A stretch of 64,000 nucleotides of DNA from the human T2T-CHM13v2.0 reference genome, Homo sapiens (GCF_009914755.1 NC_060933.1), one strand, 5' to 3'; positions 11,849 through 26,870 are shown, counted from the stretch's first letter. The notes: generated by a model from the letters alone, not told the origin. Made by a program: numbers and translations.

Positions 11849-14149
11849 GCTTTGCATTCCGTTCCATTCCATTCCTTTTCATTGTATTCGGGTTAATTCC
11901 ATTGCATTCCATTCCATTCCTTTCCATTCCATTCCATTCCATTACAATGGAGTTGATTCCATTCCATTCCATTCCATTCCATTCCATTCCAGTCCTTTCC
12001 ATTCCATTCCACTCGGGTTGATTCCATTCTATTAGTTTCCATTCCATTCCATTCCCTTCCATTGCACTCTGGTTGATTCCATTCCTTTCCATTTCACTCG
12101 AATACATTCCCTCCTATTCCACTCGGAACGATTCCATTCCATTCCGTTCCATTCCATTCCATTCCATTCCATTCCATTCCATTCCATTTCGTTCCATTCC
12201 ATTCTATTCCGTAGCATTCCATTCCATTCCATTCCATTCCATTCGATTCCATTCCACTCGTGTTGAATACATTCCTTTCCATTCCATTCAGTTTGAAGGC
12301 ATTCCATTCCATTCAATTCCATTCCATTCCATTCCATTCCATTCCATTCCATTCCATTCCATTCCATTGTACTCGGGTTGATTCCATTCCATTGCATTCT
12401 ATTCCATTCCATTCCATTTCATTCCATTCCATTCCATTCCATTCCATTCCGGATGATTCCATTCCATTGCATTCCATTCCATTCCATTCCCCTGCACTCG
12501 GGTTGATTACATTCCATTCCCTTCCCTTCCATTCCTTTCCATTCCATTCCATTCCATTCTATTCGGGTGAATTCCATTCCATTCCATTCCATTCCATTCC
12601 ATTCCATTCCATTGCAATCGAGTTGATTCCATTACATTCCATTCCATTCCGTTCCGGATGATTCCATTCCATTGCATTGCATTCCATTCCATTCCCCTGC
12701 AGTCGGTTTGATTCCATTCCATTCCATTCCATTCCATTCCATTCTATTCCATTCCGTTCCATTCCATTGCATTCCATTCTATTCGGGTTAATTCCATTCC
12801 ATTCCTTTCCATTCCATTCCAATCGAGTTAATTCCATTCCATTGCATTCCATTCCACTCCATTCCAGTCCTTTCCATTCCATTCCACTCGGGTTGATTCC
12901 ATTCTATTCCTTTCCATTCCATTCCATTGCAATAGAGTTGATTCCATTGCATTGCATTCCATTCCATTCCATTCCATTCCGGATGATTCCATTCCATTGC
13001 ATTCCATTCCATTCCATTCCCCTGCACTCGGGTTGATTCCATTCCATTCCACTCCATTCCGTTCCATTGCATTCCATTCCATTGTATTCGGGTTAATTCC
13101 ATTCCATTCCATTACATTCCATTCCATTCCATTCCATTACAATCGAGTTGATTCCATTCCATTCCATTCCATTCCATTCCATTCCATTCCTTTCCATTCC
13201 ATTCCACTCGGGTTGATTCCAGTCTATTAGTTTTCATTCCATTCCATTCCCTTCCATTCCACTCTGGTTGATTCCATTCCTTTCCATTCCACTCGAATAC
13301 ATTCCCTCCTATTCCCTCGGAACAATTCCATTCCATACCATTGCATTCTATTCCATTCCATTTCGTTCCATTCCATTCTATTCCATTCCGTTCCGTTCCG
13401 TTCCATTCCATTCCATTTCATTCTATTCGGGTTAATTCCATTCCATTCCATTCGATTGCAATCGAGTTGATTCCATTCCATTCTATTCCATTCCATTCCA
13501 TTCCTTTCCATTCCATTACGGATGATTCCATTCCATTGCATTCCATTCCATTCCATTCCCCTGTACTCGGGTTGATTCCATTCCATTCCATTCCATTCAA
13601 TTCCATTCCATTCCATTCCGTTCCGTTCCATTCCATTCCATTACAATCGAGTTGATTCCATTCCATTCCATTCCATTCCAGTCCTTTCCATTCCATTCCA
13701 CTCGGGTTGATTCCATTCTATTAGTTTCCATTCCATTCCATTCCCTTCCATTCCACTCTGGTTGATTCCATTCCTTTCCATTCCACTCGAATACATTTCC
13801 TCCTATTCCACTCGGAACGATTCCATTCCATTCCATTCCATTCCATTCCATTCCATTCCATTTCGTTCCATTCCATTCTATTCCGTATCATTCCATTCCA
13901 TTCCACTCCACTCCATTCCATTCCATTGTACTCGGGTTGATTCCATTCCACTGCATTCCATTCCATTCCATTGCATTCCATTCCGTTGCATTCCAATCCA
14001 TGCCCTTCCACTCGTGTTGATTCCATTCTTTCCATTCCATTCAAGTTGAATCCATTCCATTGCATTCCATTCCATTCGATTCCATTTCGATTGCACTCGG
14101 GTTGATTCCATTCCATTGCATTCCATTCCATTCCATTCCATTCCATTCC

Positions 14150-15840
14150 ATTCCATTCCGTTCCATTCCATTCCATTACATTCGGATTGATTCTATTCAA
14201 TTCCCTTACACTCCATTACATTCCATTCCATTCGGGTAGTTTCCATTCCATTCCATTCCATTCCTCTCCATTCCATTGCACTCGGGTTGATTCCATTCCA
14301 TTGCATTCCATTCCATTCCATTCAATTCCATTCCGTTCCATTCCATTCCATTACATTCGGATTGATTCTATTCAACTCCCTTACTCTCCGTTACATTCCA
14401 TTCCATTCGGGTTGTTCCATTCCATTCCATTCCATTCCACTCCATTCCATTGCACTCGGGTTTATTCCATTCCATTCCATTCCATTCCATTCCATTCCAT
14501 TCCATTCCATTCCTGAAGATTCCATTCCATTGCATTCCATTCCATTCCATTCCCCTGCACTCGCGTTGATTCCATTGCATTCCATTCCTTTCCATTCCGT
14601 TCCATTCCATTCCTTTCCGTTCCGTTCCATTCCATTCCATTCCATTCCGTTCCGTTCCGTTCCGTTCCATTCCATTCCATTCCATTCTATTCAGGTTAAT
14701 TCCATTCCATTCCATTCGACTGCAATCGAGTTGATTCCATTCCATTCCATTCCATTCCATTCCATTCCATTCCATTCCATTCCATTGCTTTCCATTCCAT
14801 TACGGATGATTCCATTCCATTGCATTCCATTCCATTCCATTCCCCTGTACTCGGGTTGATTCCATTCCATTCCATTCCATTCCAATCCATGCCATTCCAC
14901 TCGTGTTGATTCCACTCTTTCCATTCCATTCAAGTTGAATCCATTCCATTGCATTCCATTCCATTCGATTCCATTCGATTGCACTCAGGTTGATTCCATT
15001 CCATTGCATTCCATTCCATTCAATTCCATTCCATTCCATTCCATTCCGTTCCATTCCATTCCATTACATTCGGATTGATTCTATTCAATTCCCTTACACT
15101 CCATTACATTCCATTCCATTCGGGAAGTTTCCATTCCATTCCATTCCATTCCTCTCCATTCCATTGCACTCGGGTTGATTCCATTCCATTGCATTCCATT
15201 CCATTCCATTCAATTCCATTCCGTTCCATTCCATTCCATTACATTCGGATTGATTCTATTCAACTCCCTTACTCTCCGTTACATTCCATTCCATTCGGGT
15301 TGTTCCATTCCATTCCATTCCATTCCACTCCATTCCATTGCACTCGGGTTTATTCCATTCCATTCCATTCCATTCCATTCCATTCCATTCCATTCCATTC
15401 CTGAAGATTCCATTCCATTGCATTCCATTCCATTCCATTCCCCTGCACTCGCGTTGATTCCATTGCATTCCATTCCATTCCATTCCGTTCCATTCCATTC
15501 CTTTCCGTTCCGTTCCATTCCATTCCATTCCATTCCATTCCGTTCCGTTCCGTTCCGTTCCATTCCATTCCATTCCATTCTATTCAGGTTAATTCCATTC
15601 CATTCCATTCGACTGCAATCGAGTTGATTCCATTCCATTCCATTCCATTCCATTCCATTCCATTCCATTGCTTTCCATTCCATTACGGATGTTTCCATTC
15701 CATTGCATTCCATTCCATTCCATTCCCCTGTACTCGGGTTGATTCCATTCCATTCCATTCCAATCCATGCCTTTCCACTCGTGTTGACTCCACTCTTTCC
15801 ATTCCATTCAAGTTGAATCCATTCCATTGCATTCCATTCC
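14150..15840 (-). repeat. Tandem duplication with a unit of about 888 bp
   Basis: ACTCTCCGTTACA at 14383/15271 and CTGAAGATTC at 14513/15401. Both copies also carry TTCAGGTTAAT, CGACTGCAATC and CCACTCTTTCC. The ORFs starting at 14187 and 15075 translate identically. Confidence 0.88.
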
Positions 15841-16490
15841 ATTCCATTCCCCTGCAGTCGGGTTGATTCCATTCCATTCAATTCCATTCCATTCCATTCC
15901 ATTCCATTCCGTTCCGTTCCGTTCCATTCCATTCCATTCCATTCCATTCTATTCGGGTTAATTCCATTCCATTCCATTCCATTCCATTCCATTCCATTCC
16001 AATCGAGTTGATTCCATTCCATTTCATTCCATTCCATTCCACTCCATTCCTTTCCATTCCAATCCATTCCATTGTATTCGGGTTAATTCCATTCCATTCC
16101 ATTCCATTCCATCACAATCGAGTTGGTTCCATTCCATTCCATACCATTCCATTCCATTCCATTCCATTCCATTCCGGATGATTCCATTCCATTACATTCT
16201 CTTCCATTATATTCCCCTGCACTCGGGTTGATTCCATTCCATTCCATTCCATTCGATTCCATTCCATTCCAATTCTTTCCATTCCATTCTATTCCGTACC
16301 ATTCCATTCCATTCCATACCATTCCATTCCATTCCATTCCATTCCATTCCATTCCATTCCGTTCCGTTCCGTTCCATTCCATTCCACTCCATTTTATTCG
16401 GGTTAATTGCATTCCATTCCATTCGATTCCATTCCATTCTATTCCATTCCATTGCAATCGAGTTGAATCCATTGCATTCCATTCCATTCC

Positions 16491-16505
16491 ATTCCGGAAG
16501 ATTCC
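16491..16505 (-). promoter_or_regulatory. Consensus heat-shock element (representative right-arm copy)
   Basis: a-TTC-cg-GAA-ga-TTC-c. Further copies include 22651, 24421, 30660, 33961, 38661, 45720, 45980, 60668 and 61743. Binding is inferred. Confidence 0.6.
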
Positions 16506-19500
16506 ATTCCATTGCATTCCATTCCATTCCATTCCCCTGCACTCGCTTTGATTCCATTCCATTCCATTCCATTCCGTTCCGTTCCGTTCCGTTCCGTTCC
16601 GTTCCATTCCATTCCATTCTATTCGGTTTAATTCCATTCCATTCCATTGGATTGCAATCGAGTTGATTCCATTCCATTCCATTCCATTCCATTCCATTCC
16701 ATTCCATTCCTTTCCATTCCATTACGGATGATTCCATTCCACTGCATTACATTCCATTCCATTCCCTTGTACTCGGGTTGATTCCATTCCATTCCATTCC
16801 ATTCCATTCTATTCCATTCCATTCCATTCCGGAAGATTCCATTCCATTGCATTCCCCTGCACTCACGTTGATTCCATTCCATTCCATTCCATTCCATTCC
16901 ATTCCATTCCGTTCCGTTCCGTTCCGTTCCATTCCATTCCATTCCATTCTATTCGGGTTAATTCCATTCCATTCTATTCGATTGCCATCGAGTTGATTCC
17001 ATTCCATTCCATTCCATTCCATTCCATTCCATTCCATTCCATTCCTTTCCATTCCATTACGGATCACTCCATTCCGTTGCATTCCATTCCATTCCATTCC
17101 CCTGTACTCGGGTTGATTCCATTCCATTCCATTCCACTCCATTCGGTTCCGTTGCATTCCATTCTATTGCATTCCATTCTATTCGGGTTAATTCCATTCC
17201 ATTCTATTCCATTCCATTCCATTGCATTCCATTGCAATGGAGTTGATTCCATTCCATTCCATTCCATTCCGGATGATTCCATTCCATTGCATTCCATTCC
17301 ATTCCATTCCCCTGCACTCGTGTTGATTCCATTCCCTTCCATTCCATTCCATTCCATTCCATTCTATTCCGATTAATTCCATTCCATTCCATTCCATTCC
17401 ATTCCATTCCATTGCAATCGAGTTGATTCCATTCCATTCCTTTCCATTCCATTCCATTGCCTTGCATTACACTCGGGTAGATTCCATTCCCTTCTTTCCA
17501 CTCCATTACATTCCCTTCCATTCCACTCGGAATGATTGATTCCATTCCATTCCATTCCATTTCATTCCATTGCAATCCATTCCAATCCATTCCATTCCAT
17601 TCCATTCCACTCGAGATGACTTCATTCCATTCCTTTCTATTCCATTCCATTCCATTCCTTTCCACTCGAGTTGATTCCATTCCATTCCAATCCATTGCAT
17701 TCCATTCCATGCCATTCCACTCGGGTTGATTCCATTCCTTTGCATTCCATTCCATTCCATTCCATTGCATTCCATTCCATTCCAATCCGTTGCATTCCAT
17801 TCCATTACATTCGGATTGATTCTATTGAACTCCCTTACTCTCCATTACATTCCATTCCATTCGGGTTGTTCCATTCCATTCCATTCCATTCCACTCCATT
17901 CCATTGCACTCGGGTTGATTCCATTCCATTCCATTCCATTCCATGCCATTCCGGATGATTCCATTCCATTGCATTCCGTTCCATTACATTCCCCTGCACT
18001 CGGGTTGATACCATTCCATTCCATTCCATTCCATTCCGGATGATTCCATTCCATTGCATTCCATTCCATTCCATTCCCATGCACTCGGGTTGATTACATT
18101 CCATTTCCTTCCCTTCCATTCCTTTCCATTCCATTCCATTCCATTCTATTCGGGTGTATTCCATTCCATTCCATTCCATTCCACTCCATTCCATTCCATT
18201 CCATTCTATTCCATTCCATTGGAATCGAGTTGATTCCATTCTATTCCATTCCATTCCGTTCCAGATGATTCCATTCCATTCCATTCCATTCCATTCCATT
18301 CCATTCCATTCCATTCCCCTGCACTCGGGTTGATTCCATTCCATTCCATTCCATTCCATTCCATTCCATTCCGTTCCGTTCCATTCCATTCCACTCCATT
18401 CTATTCGGGTTAATTCCATTCCATTCCATTCCATTCCATTCCATTCCAATCGAGTTGATTCCATTCCATTCCATTCCATTCCATTCCATTCCACTCCATT
18501 TCAGTGCTTTCCTTTCCATTACACTCGGGTTGATTCCATTCTATTCCTTTAAACTCCTTTCCATTCCATTGCAATCGAGTTAACTCCATTGCTTTGCATT
18601 CCATTCCATTCCATTCCATTCCATTCCGGATGATTCCTTTCCATTGCATTCCATTCCATTCCATTCCCCTGCACTCGGGTTGATTCCATTCCATTCCACT
18701 CCATTCCGTTCCATTCCATTCCATTCCATTTTATTCGGGTTAATTCCATTCCATTCCATTCCATTCCATTCCATTCCATTCCATTACAATCGAGTTTATT
18801 CCATTCCATTCCATTCCATTCCATTCCATTCCAGTCTTTTCCATTCCATTCCACTCGGGTTGATTCCATTCTATTAGTTTCCATTCCATTCCATTCCCTT
18901 CCATTCCACTCTGGTTGATTGCATTCCTTTCCATTCCACTCGAATACATTCCCTCCTATTCCACTCGGAACGATTCCATTCCATTCTATTCCATTCCATT
19001 CCATTCCATTCCATTCCAGTTCGTTCCATTCCATTCTATTACGTACCATTCCATTCCATTCCATTCCTTTCCATTCCATTGCTTTCCACTCGTGTTGATT
19101 CCATTCCTTTCCATTCCATTCGGTTTGAAGGCATTCCATTCCAGTCCATTCCATTACATTACATTCCATTGCGTTCCGTTCCGTTCCATTCAATTCCATT
19201 CCATTCCATTCCATTCCATTCCATTCCGTTCCGTTGCATTCCATTCCATTCCATTCTATTCGGGTTAATTCCATTCGATTCCATTCGATTGCCATCGAGT
19301 TGATTCCATTCCATTCCATTCCATTCCATTCCATTCCATTCCATTCCTTTCCATTCCATTACGGATGACTCCATTCCATTGCATTCCATTCCATTCCATT
19401 CCCCTGTACTCGGGTTGATTCCATTCCATTCCATTCCACTCCATTCGGTTCCGTTGCATTCCATTCTATTGCATTCCATTCTATTCGGGTTAATTCCATT

Positions 19501-20059
19501 CCATTCTATTCCATTCCATTCCATTCCATTCCATTGCAATGGAGTTGATTCCATTCCATTCCATTCCATTCCGGATGATTCCATTCCATTGCATTCCATT
19601 CCATTCCATTCCCCTGCACTCGTGTTCAGTCCATTCCGTTCCATTCCATTCCATTCCATTCTATTCCGGTTAATTCCATTCCATTCCATTCCATTCCATT
19701 CCGGATGATTCCATTCCATTGCATTCCGTTCCATTACATTCCCCTGCACTCGCGTTGATTCCATTCCATTCCATTCCATTCCATTCAATTCCATTCCATT
19801 ACAATTCTTTCCATTCCATTCTATTCCGTACCATTCCATTCCATTCCATACCATTCCATTCCATTCCATTCCGTTCCATTCCATTCCATTCCATTCCATT
19901 CTATTCGGGTTAATTCCATTCCATTCCATTCGATTGCAATCTTGTTGATTCCATTCCATTCCATTCCATTCCATTCCTTTCCATTCCATTACGGATGATT
20001 CCATTCCATTGCATTCCATTCCATTCCATTCCCCTGTACTCGGGTTGATTCCATTCCAC

Positions 20060-23000
20060 TGCATTCCATTACATTCCATTCCATTCCGTTCCATTTCATT
20101 CTATTCTGGTTAATTCCATTCCATTCCATTCCACTCCATTCCAGTCCTTTCCATTCCATTCCACTCGGGTTGATTCCATTCTATTCCTTTTAATTCCATT
20201 CCATTCCATTGCAATCGAGTGGATTCCATTCGAGTTGAATCCATTCCATTCCATTCCATTCCATTCCATTGCACACGGGTTCATTCCATTCCATTCCATT
20301 CCATTCCATTCCATTCCATTCTATTCCATTTCATTCCATTCCATTCTATTCCGTACCATTCCATTCCATCCCATTCCATTCCGTTCCATTCCATGCCATT
20401 ACACTCGGGTTGATTCCATTCCTTTCCATTCCATTCTTGTTGAATCCATTCCATTCCATTCCATTCCATTCCATTCGAATCCATTCCATTGCACTCGGGT
20501 TGATTCCATTCCATTCCATTCCATTCCATTTCATTCCATTCCATTCCATTACATTCGGATTGATTCTATTCAATTCCCTTACACTCCATTACATTCCATT
20601 CCATTCGGGATGTTTCCATTCCATTCCATTCCATTCCACTCCATTCCATTGCATCAGGTTGATTGCATTCCATTCCATTCCATTCCATTCCGGATGATTC
20701 CATTCCATTGCATTCCATTCCATTCCATTCCCCAGCACTCGAATAGATTCCATTCCATTCCATTCCATTCCATTCCATTCCATTCCGTTCCATTCCATTC
20801 CATTCCATTCTATTCCGGTTAATTCCATTCCATTCCATTCGATTCCATTCCATTCCATTCCATTCCATTGCAATCGAGTTGATTCCATTCCATTCCATTC
20901 CATTCCATTCCGGATGATTCCATTCCATTCCATTCCATTCCGTTCCGGATGATTCCATTCCATTCCATTCCATTCCATTCCATTCCATTCCATTCCCCTG
21001 CAGTCGGGTTGATTCCATTCCATTCCATTCCATTCCATTCCATTCCATTCCATTCCTTTCAATTCCATTCCATTCCATTCTATTCGGGTTAATTCCATTC
21101 CATTCCATTCCATTCCATTCTATTCGGGTTAATTCCATTCCATTCCATTCCATTCCATTCCATTCTATTCCATTCCATTGCAATCGAGTTGAATCCATTG
21201 CATTTCATTCCATTCCATTCCATTCCATTCCATTCCATTCCGGAAGTTTCCATTCCATTGCATTCCATTCCATTCCATTCCCCTGCACTCGCGTTGATTC
21301 CATTCCATTCCATTCCATTCCATTCCATTCCTTTCCGTTCCGTTCCTTTCCATTCCATTCCATTCCATTCCATTCCATTCCGTTCCGTTCCATTCCATTC
21401 CATTCCATTCTATTCGGGTTAATTCCATTCCATTCCATTCGATTGCAATCGTGTTGATTCCATTCCATTCCATTCCATTCCATTCCATTCCATTCCATTC
21501 CATTCCTTTCCATTCCATTACGGATGATTCCATTCCATTGAATTCCATTCCATTCCATTCCCCTGCACTCGGTTTGATTCCATTCCATTCCATTCCATTA
21601 CATTCCATTCCATTCCGTTCCATTTCATTCTATTCGGGTTAATTCCATTCCATTCCATTCCACTCCATTCCAGTCCTTTCCATTCCATTCCACTCGGGTT
21701 GATTCCATTCTATTCCTTTTAATTCCATTCCATTCCATTGCAATCGAGTGGATTCCATTCGAGTTGAATCCATTCCATTCCATTCCATTCCATTCCATTG
21801 CACACGGGTTCATTCCATTCCATTCCATTCCATTCCATTCCATTCCATTCCATTCCATTCCATTCTATTCCGTACCATTCCATTCCATCCCATTCCATTC
21901 CGTTCCGTTCCATGCCATTACACTCGGGTTGATTCCATTCCTTTCCATTCCATTCTTGTTGAATCCATTCCATTCCATTTCATTCCATTCCATTCCATTA
22001 CATTCGGATTGATTCTATTCAATTCCCTTACACTCCATTACATTCCATTCCATTCGGGATGTTTCCATTCCATTCCATTCCATTCCACTCCATTGCATTG
22101 CATCAGGTTGATTGCATTCCATTCCATTCCATTCCATTCCGGATGATTCCATTCCATTGCATTCCATTCCATTCCATTCCCCAGCACTCAAATTGATTCC
22201 ATTCCATTCCATTCCATTCCATTCCATTCCATTCCGTTCCATTCCATTCCATTCCATTCTATTCCGGTTAATTCCATTCCATTCCATTCGATTCCATTCC
22301 ATTCCATTCCATTCCATTGCAATCGAGTTGATTCCATTCCATTCCATTCCATTCCGTTCCGGATGATTCCATTCCATTCCATTCCATTCCATTCCATTCC
22401 ATTCCCCTGCAGTCGGGTTGATTCCATTCCATTCCATTCCATTCCATTCCATTCCATTCCATTCCGTTCAATTACATTCCATTCCATTCTATTCGGGTTA
22501 ATTCCATTCCATTCCATTCCATTCCATTCTATTCGGCTTAATTCCATTCCATTCCATTCCATTCCATTCCATTCCATTCTATTCCATTCCATTGCAATCG
22601 AGTTGAATCCATTGCATTTCATTCCATTCCATTCCATTCCATTCCATTCCATTCCGGAAGATTCCATTCCATTGCATTCCATTCCATTCCATTCCCCTGC
22701 ACGCGCCTTGATTCCATTCCATTCCATTCCATTCCATTCCATTCCATTCCTTTCCGTTCCGTTCCGTTCCGTTCCATTCCATTCCATTCCATTCCATTCC
22801 ATTCCGTTCCGTTCCATTCCATTCCATTCCATTCTATTCGGGTTAATTCCATTCCATTCCATTCGATTGCAATCGTGTTGATTCCATTCCATTCCATTCC
22901 ATTCCATTCCATTCCTTTCTATTCCATTACGGATGATTCCATTCCATTGCATTCCATTCCATTCCATTCCCCTGTACTCGGGTTGATTCCATTCCATTGC

Positions 23001-26000
23001 ATTCCAATCCATGCCCTTCCACTCGTGTTGATTCCATTCTTTCCATTCCGTTCAAGTTGAATCCATTCCATTGCATTCCATTCCATTCGATTCCATTCGA
23101 TTTCACTCTGGTTGATTCCATTCCATTGCATTCCATTCCATTCCAATCCATTCCATTCCGTTCCACTCCATTCCATTACATTCGGATTCATTCTATTCAA
23201 CTCCCTTACTCTCCATTACATTCCATTCCATTCGGGTTGTTCCATTCCATTCCATTCCATTCCACTCCATTCCATTGGACTCGGGTTGATTCCATTCCAT
23301 TCCATTCCATTCCATTCCATTCCATTCCATTCCATTCCTGAAGATTCCATTCCATTGCATTCCATTCCATTCCATTCCCCTGCACTCGCGTTGATTCCAT
23401 TCTATTCCATTCTATTCCATTCCATTCCCTTCCTTTCCGTTCCATTCCATTCCATTCCATTCCATTCCATTCCGTTCCGTTCCGTTCCATTCCATTCCAT
23501 TCCATTCTATTCGGGTTAATTCCATTCCATTCCATTCGATTGCAATCGAGTTGATTCCATTCCATTCCATTCCATTCCATTCCATTCCATTCCATTCCTT
23601 TCCATTCCGTTACGGATGATTCCATTCCATTGCATTCCATTCCATTCCATTCCCCTGTACTCGGGTTGATTCCATTCCATTCCATTCCAATCCATGCCCT
23701 TCCACTCGTGTTGATTTCATTCTTTCCATTCCATTCTAGTTGAATCCATTCCATTGCATTCCATTCCATTCGATTCCATTCGATTGCACTCGGGTTGATT
23801 CCATTCCATTGCATTCCACTCCATTCCATTCCATTCCATTCCATTCCATTCCGTTCCATTCCATTCCATTACATTCGGATTGATTCTATTCAACTCCCTT
23901 ACTCTCCATTACATTCGATTGCATTCGGGTTGTTCCATTCCATTCCATTCCATTCCACTCCATTCCATTGCACTCGGGTTGATTCCATTACATTCCATTC
24001 CATTCCGGAAGATTCCATTCCATTGCATTCCATTACATTCCATTCCCCTGCACTCGCGTTGATTCCATTCCTTTCCATTCCATTCCATTCCATTCCATTC
24101 CGTTCCGTTCCATTCCATTCCATTCCATTCCATTCCGTTCCGTTCCATTCCATTCCATTCCATTCTATTCGGGTTAATTCCATTCCATTCCATTCCATTG
24201 CAATCGTGTTGATTCCATTCCATTCCATTCCATTCCATTCCATTCAGTTCCATTCCGTTCCATTCCATTCCATTACATTCGGATTGATTCTATTCAACTC
24301 CCTTACTCTCCATTACATTCCATTCCATTCGGGTTGTTCCATTCCATTCCATTCCATTCCACTCCATTCCATTGCACTCGGGTTTATTCCGTTCCATTCC
24401 ATTCCATTCCATTCCATTCCATTCCGGAAGATTCCATTCCATTGCATTCCATTCCATTCCATTCCCCTGCACTCGCGTTGATTCCACTCCATTCCATTCC
24501 ATTCCATTCCATTCCATTCCATTCCATTCCATTCCTTTCCGTTCCATTCCATTCCATTCCATTCCATTCCGTTCCGTTCCGTTCCGTTCCATTCTATTCC
24601 ATTCCATTCTATTCGGTTTAATTCCATTGCATTCCATTCGATTGCAATCAAGTTGATTCCATTCCATTCCATTCCATTCCATTCCATTCCTTTCCATTCC
24701 ATTACGGATGATTCCATTCCATTGCATTCCATTCCATTCCATTCCATTCCATTCCCCTGTACTCGGGTTGATTCCATTCCATTGCATTCCATTCCATTCC
24801 ATTCCCCTGCACTCGCGTTGATTCCATTCCATTCCATTCCATTCCATTCCATTCCATTCCGATCCGTTCCGTTCCATTCCATTCCATTCCATTCCATTCC
24901 GTTCCGTTCCATTCCATTCCATTCTATTCGGGTTAATTCCATTCCATTCCATTCAATTGCAATCGAGTTGATTCCATTCCATTCCATTCCATTCCATTCC
25001 ATTCCTTTCCATTACATTACGGATGATTCCATTCCATTTAATTCCATTCCATTCCATTCCCCTGTACTCGGGTTGATTCCATTCCATTCCATTCCAATCC
25101 ATGCCATTCCACTCGTGTTGATTCCATTCTTTCCATTCCATTCAAGTTGAATCCATTCCATTGCATTCCATTCCATTCGATTCCATTCGATTGCACTCGG
25201 GTTGATTCCATGGCATTGCATTCCATTCCATTCCATTCCATTCCATTCCATTCCATTCCATTCCTTTCCATTCCATTCCATTCCATTCCATTCGGATTCA
25301 TTCTATTCAATTCCCTTACACTCCATTACATTCCATTCCATTCGTGTAGTTTCCATTCCATTCCATTCCATTCCTCTCCATTCCATTGCACTCGGGTTGA
25401 TTCCATTCCATTCCATTCCATTCCATTCCATTCCATTCCATTCCGGATGATTCCATTCCATTGAATTCCATTCCATTCCATTCCCCTGCACTTGGGTTGA
25501 TTCCATTCCATTGCATTCCATTCCTTTCTGTTCCATTCCATTCCATTCCATTCTATTCGTGTTAATTCCGTTCCATTCTATTCCATTCCATTCCATTGAA
25601 ACCGAGTTGATTCCATTCCATTCAATTCCATTCCATTCCATTCCATTCCATTCCATTCCGGATGATTTCATTCCATTGCATTCCATTCCATTCCATTCCC
25701 CTGCACTCGGGTTGATTCCATTCCATTCCATTCCATTACATTCCATTCCATTCCGTTCCATTTCATTCTATTCGGGTTAATTCCATTCCATTCCATTCCA
25801 CTCCATTCCAGTCCTTTCCATTCCATTCCACTCGGGTTGATTCCATTCTATTCCTTTTAATTCCATTCCATTCCATTGCAATCGAGTGGATTCCATTCGA
25901 GTTGAATCCATTCCATTCCATTCCATTCCATTCCATTGCACACGGGTTCATTCCATTCCATTCCATTCCATTCCATTCCATTCCATTCCTTTCTATTCCA

Positions 26001-26870
26001 TTTCATTCCATTCCATTCTATTCCGTACCATTCCATTCCATCCCATTCCATTCCGTTCCATTCCATGCCATTACACTCGGGTTGATTCCATTCCTTTCCA
26101 TTCCATTCTTGTTGAATCCATTCCATTCCATTCCATTCCATTCCATTCGAATCCATTCCATTGCACTCGGGTTGATTCCATTCCATTCCATTCCATTCCA
26201 TTTCATTCCATTCCATTCCATTACATTCGGATTGATTCTATTCAATTCCCTTACACTCCATTACATTCCATTCCATTCGGGATGTTTCCATTCCATTCCA
26301 TTCCATTCCACTCCATTCCATTGCATCAGGTTGATTGCATTCCATTCCATTCCATTCCATTCCGGATGATTCCATTCCATTGCATTCCATTCCATTCCAT
26401 TCCCCAGCACTCGAATTGATTCCATTCCATTCCATTCCATTCCATTCCATTCCATTCCATTCCGTTCCATTCCATTCCATTCCATTCTATTCCGGTTAAT
26501 TCCATTCCATTCCATTCGATTCGATTCCATTCCATTCCATTCCATTGCAATCGAGTTGATTCCATTCCATTCCATTCCATTCCGTTCCGGATGATTCCAT
26601 TCCATTCCATTCCATTCCGTTCCGGATGATTCCATTCCATTCCATTCCATTCCATTCCATTCCATTCCCCTGCAGTCGGGTTGATTCCATTCCATTCCAT
26701 TCCATTCCATTCCATTCCGTTCAATTCCATTCCATTCCATTCTATTCGGGTTAATTCCATTCCATTCCATTCCATTCCATTCTATTCGGGTTAATTCCAT
26801 TCCATTCCATTCCATTCCATTCTATTCCATTCCATTGCAATCGAGTTGAATCCATTGCATTTCATTCCAT
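20060..26870 (-). repeat. Three copies of a block of about 1.1 kb (near 20060, 21590 and 25730)
   Basis: The marker GAGTGGATTCCATTCGAGTTGAATCC is at 20217, 21746 and 25884. All three also share CCTTTTAATT, GCACACGGGTTC, CTTGTTGAATCC, GCATCAGGTTG and CCCAGCACTC. Confidence 0.85.

Noticed and set aside
11000-12700. Fold-back read chimera or perfect palindrome at the strand switch
   Set aside because: The arms are not mirror images beyond the 10-bp stem; different cassettes flank the junction. A misjoin is not fully excluded without reads.
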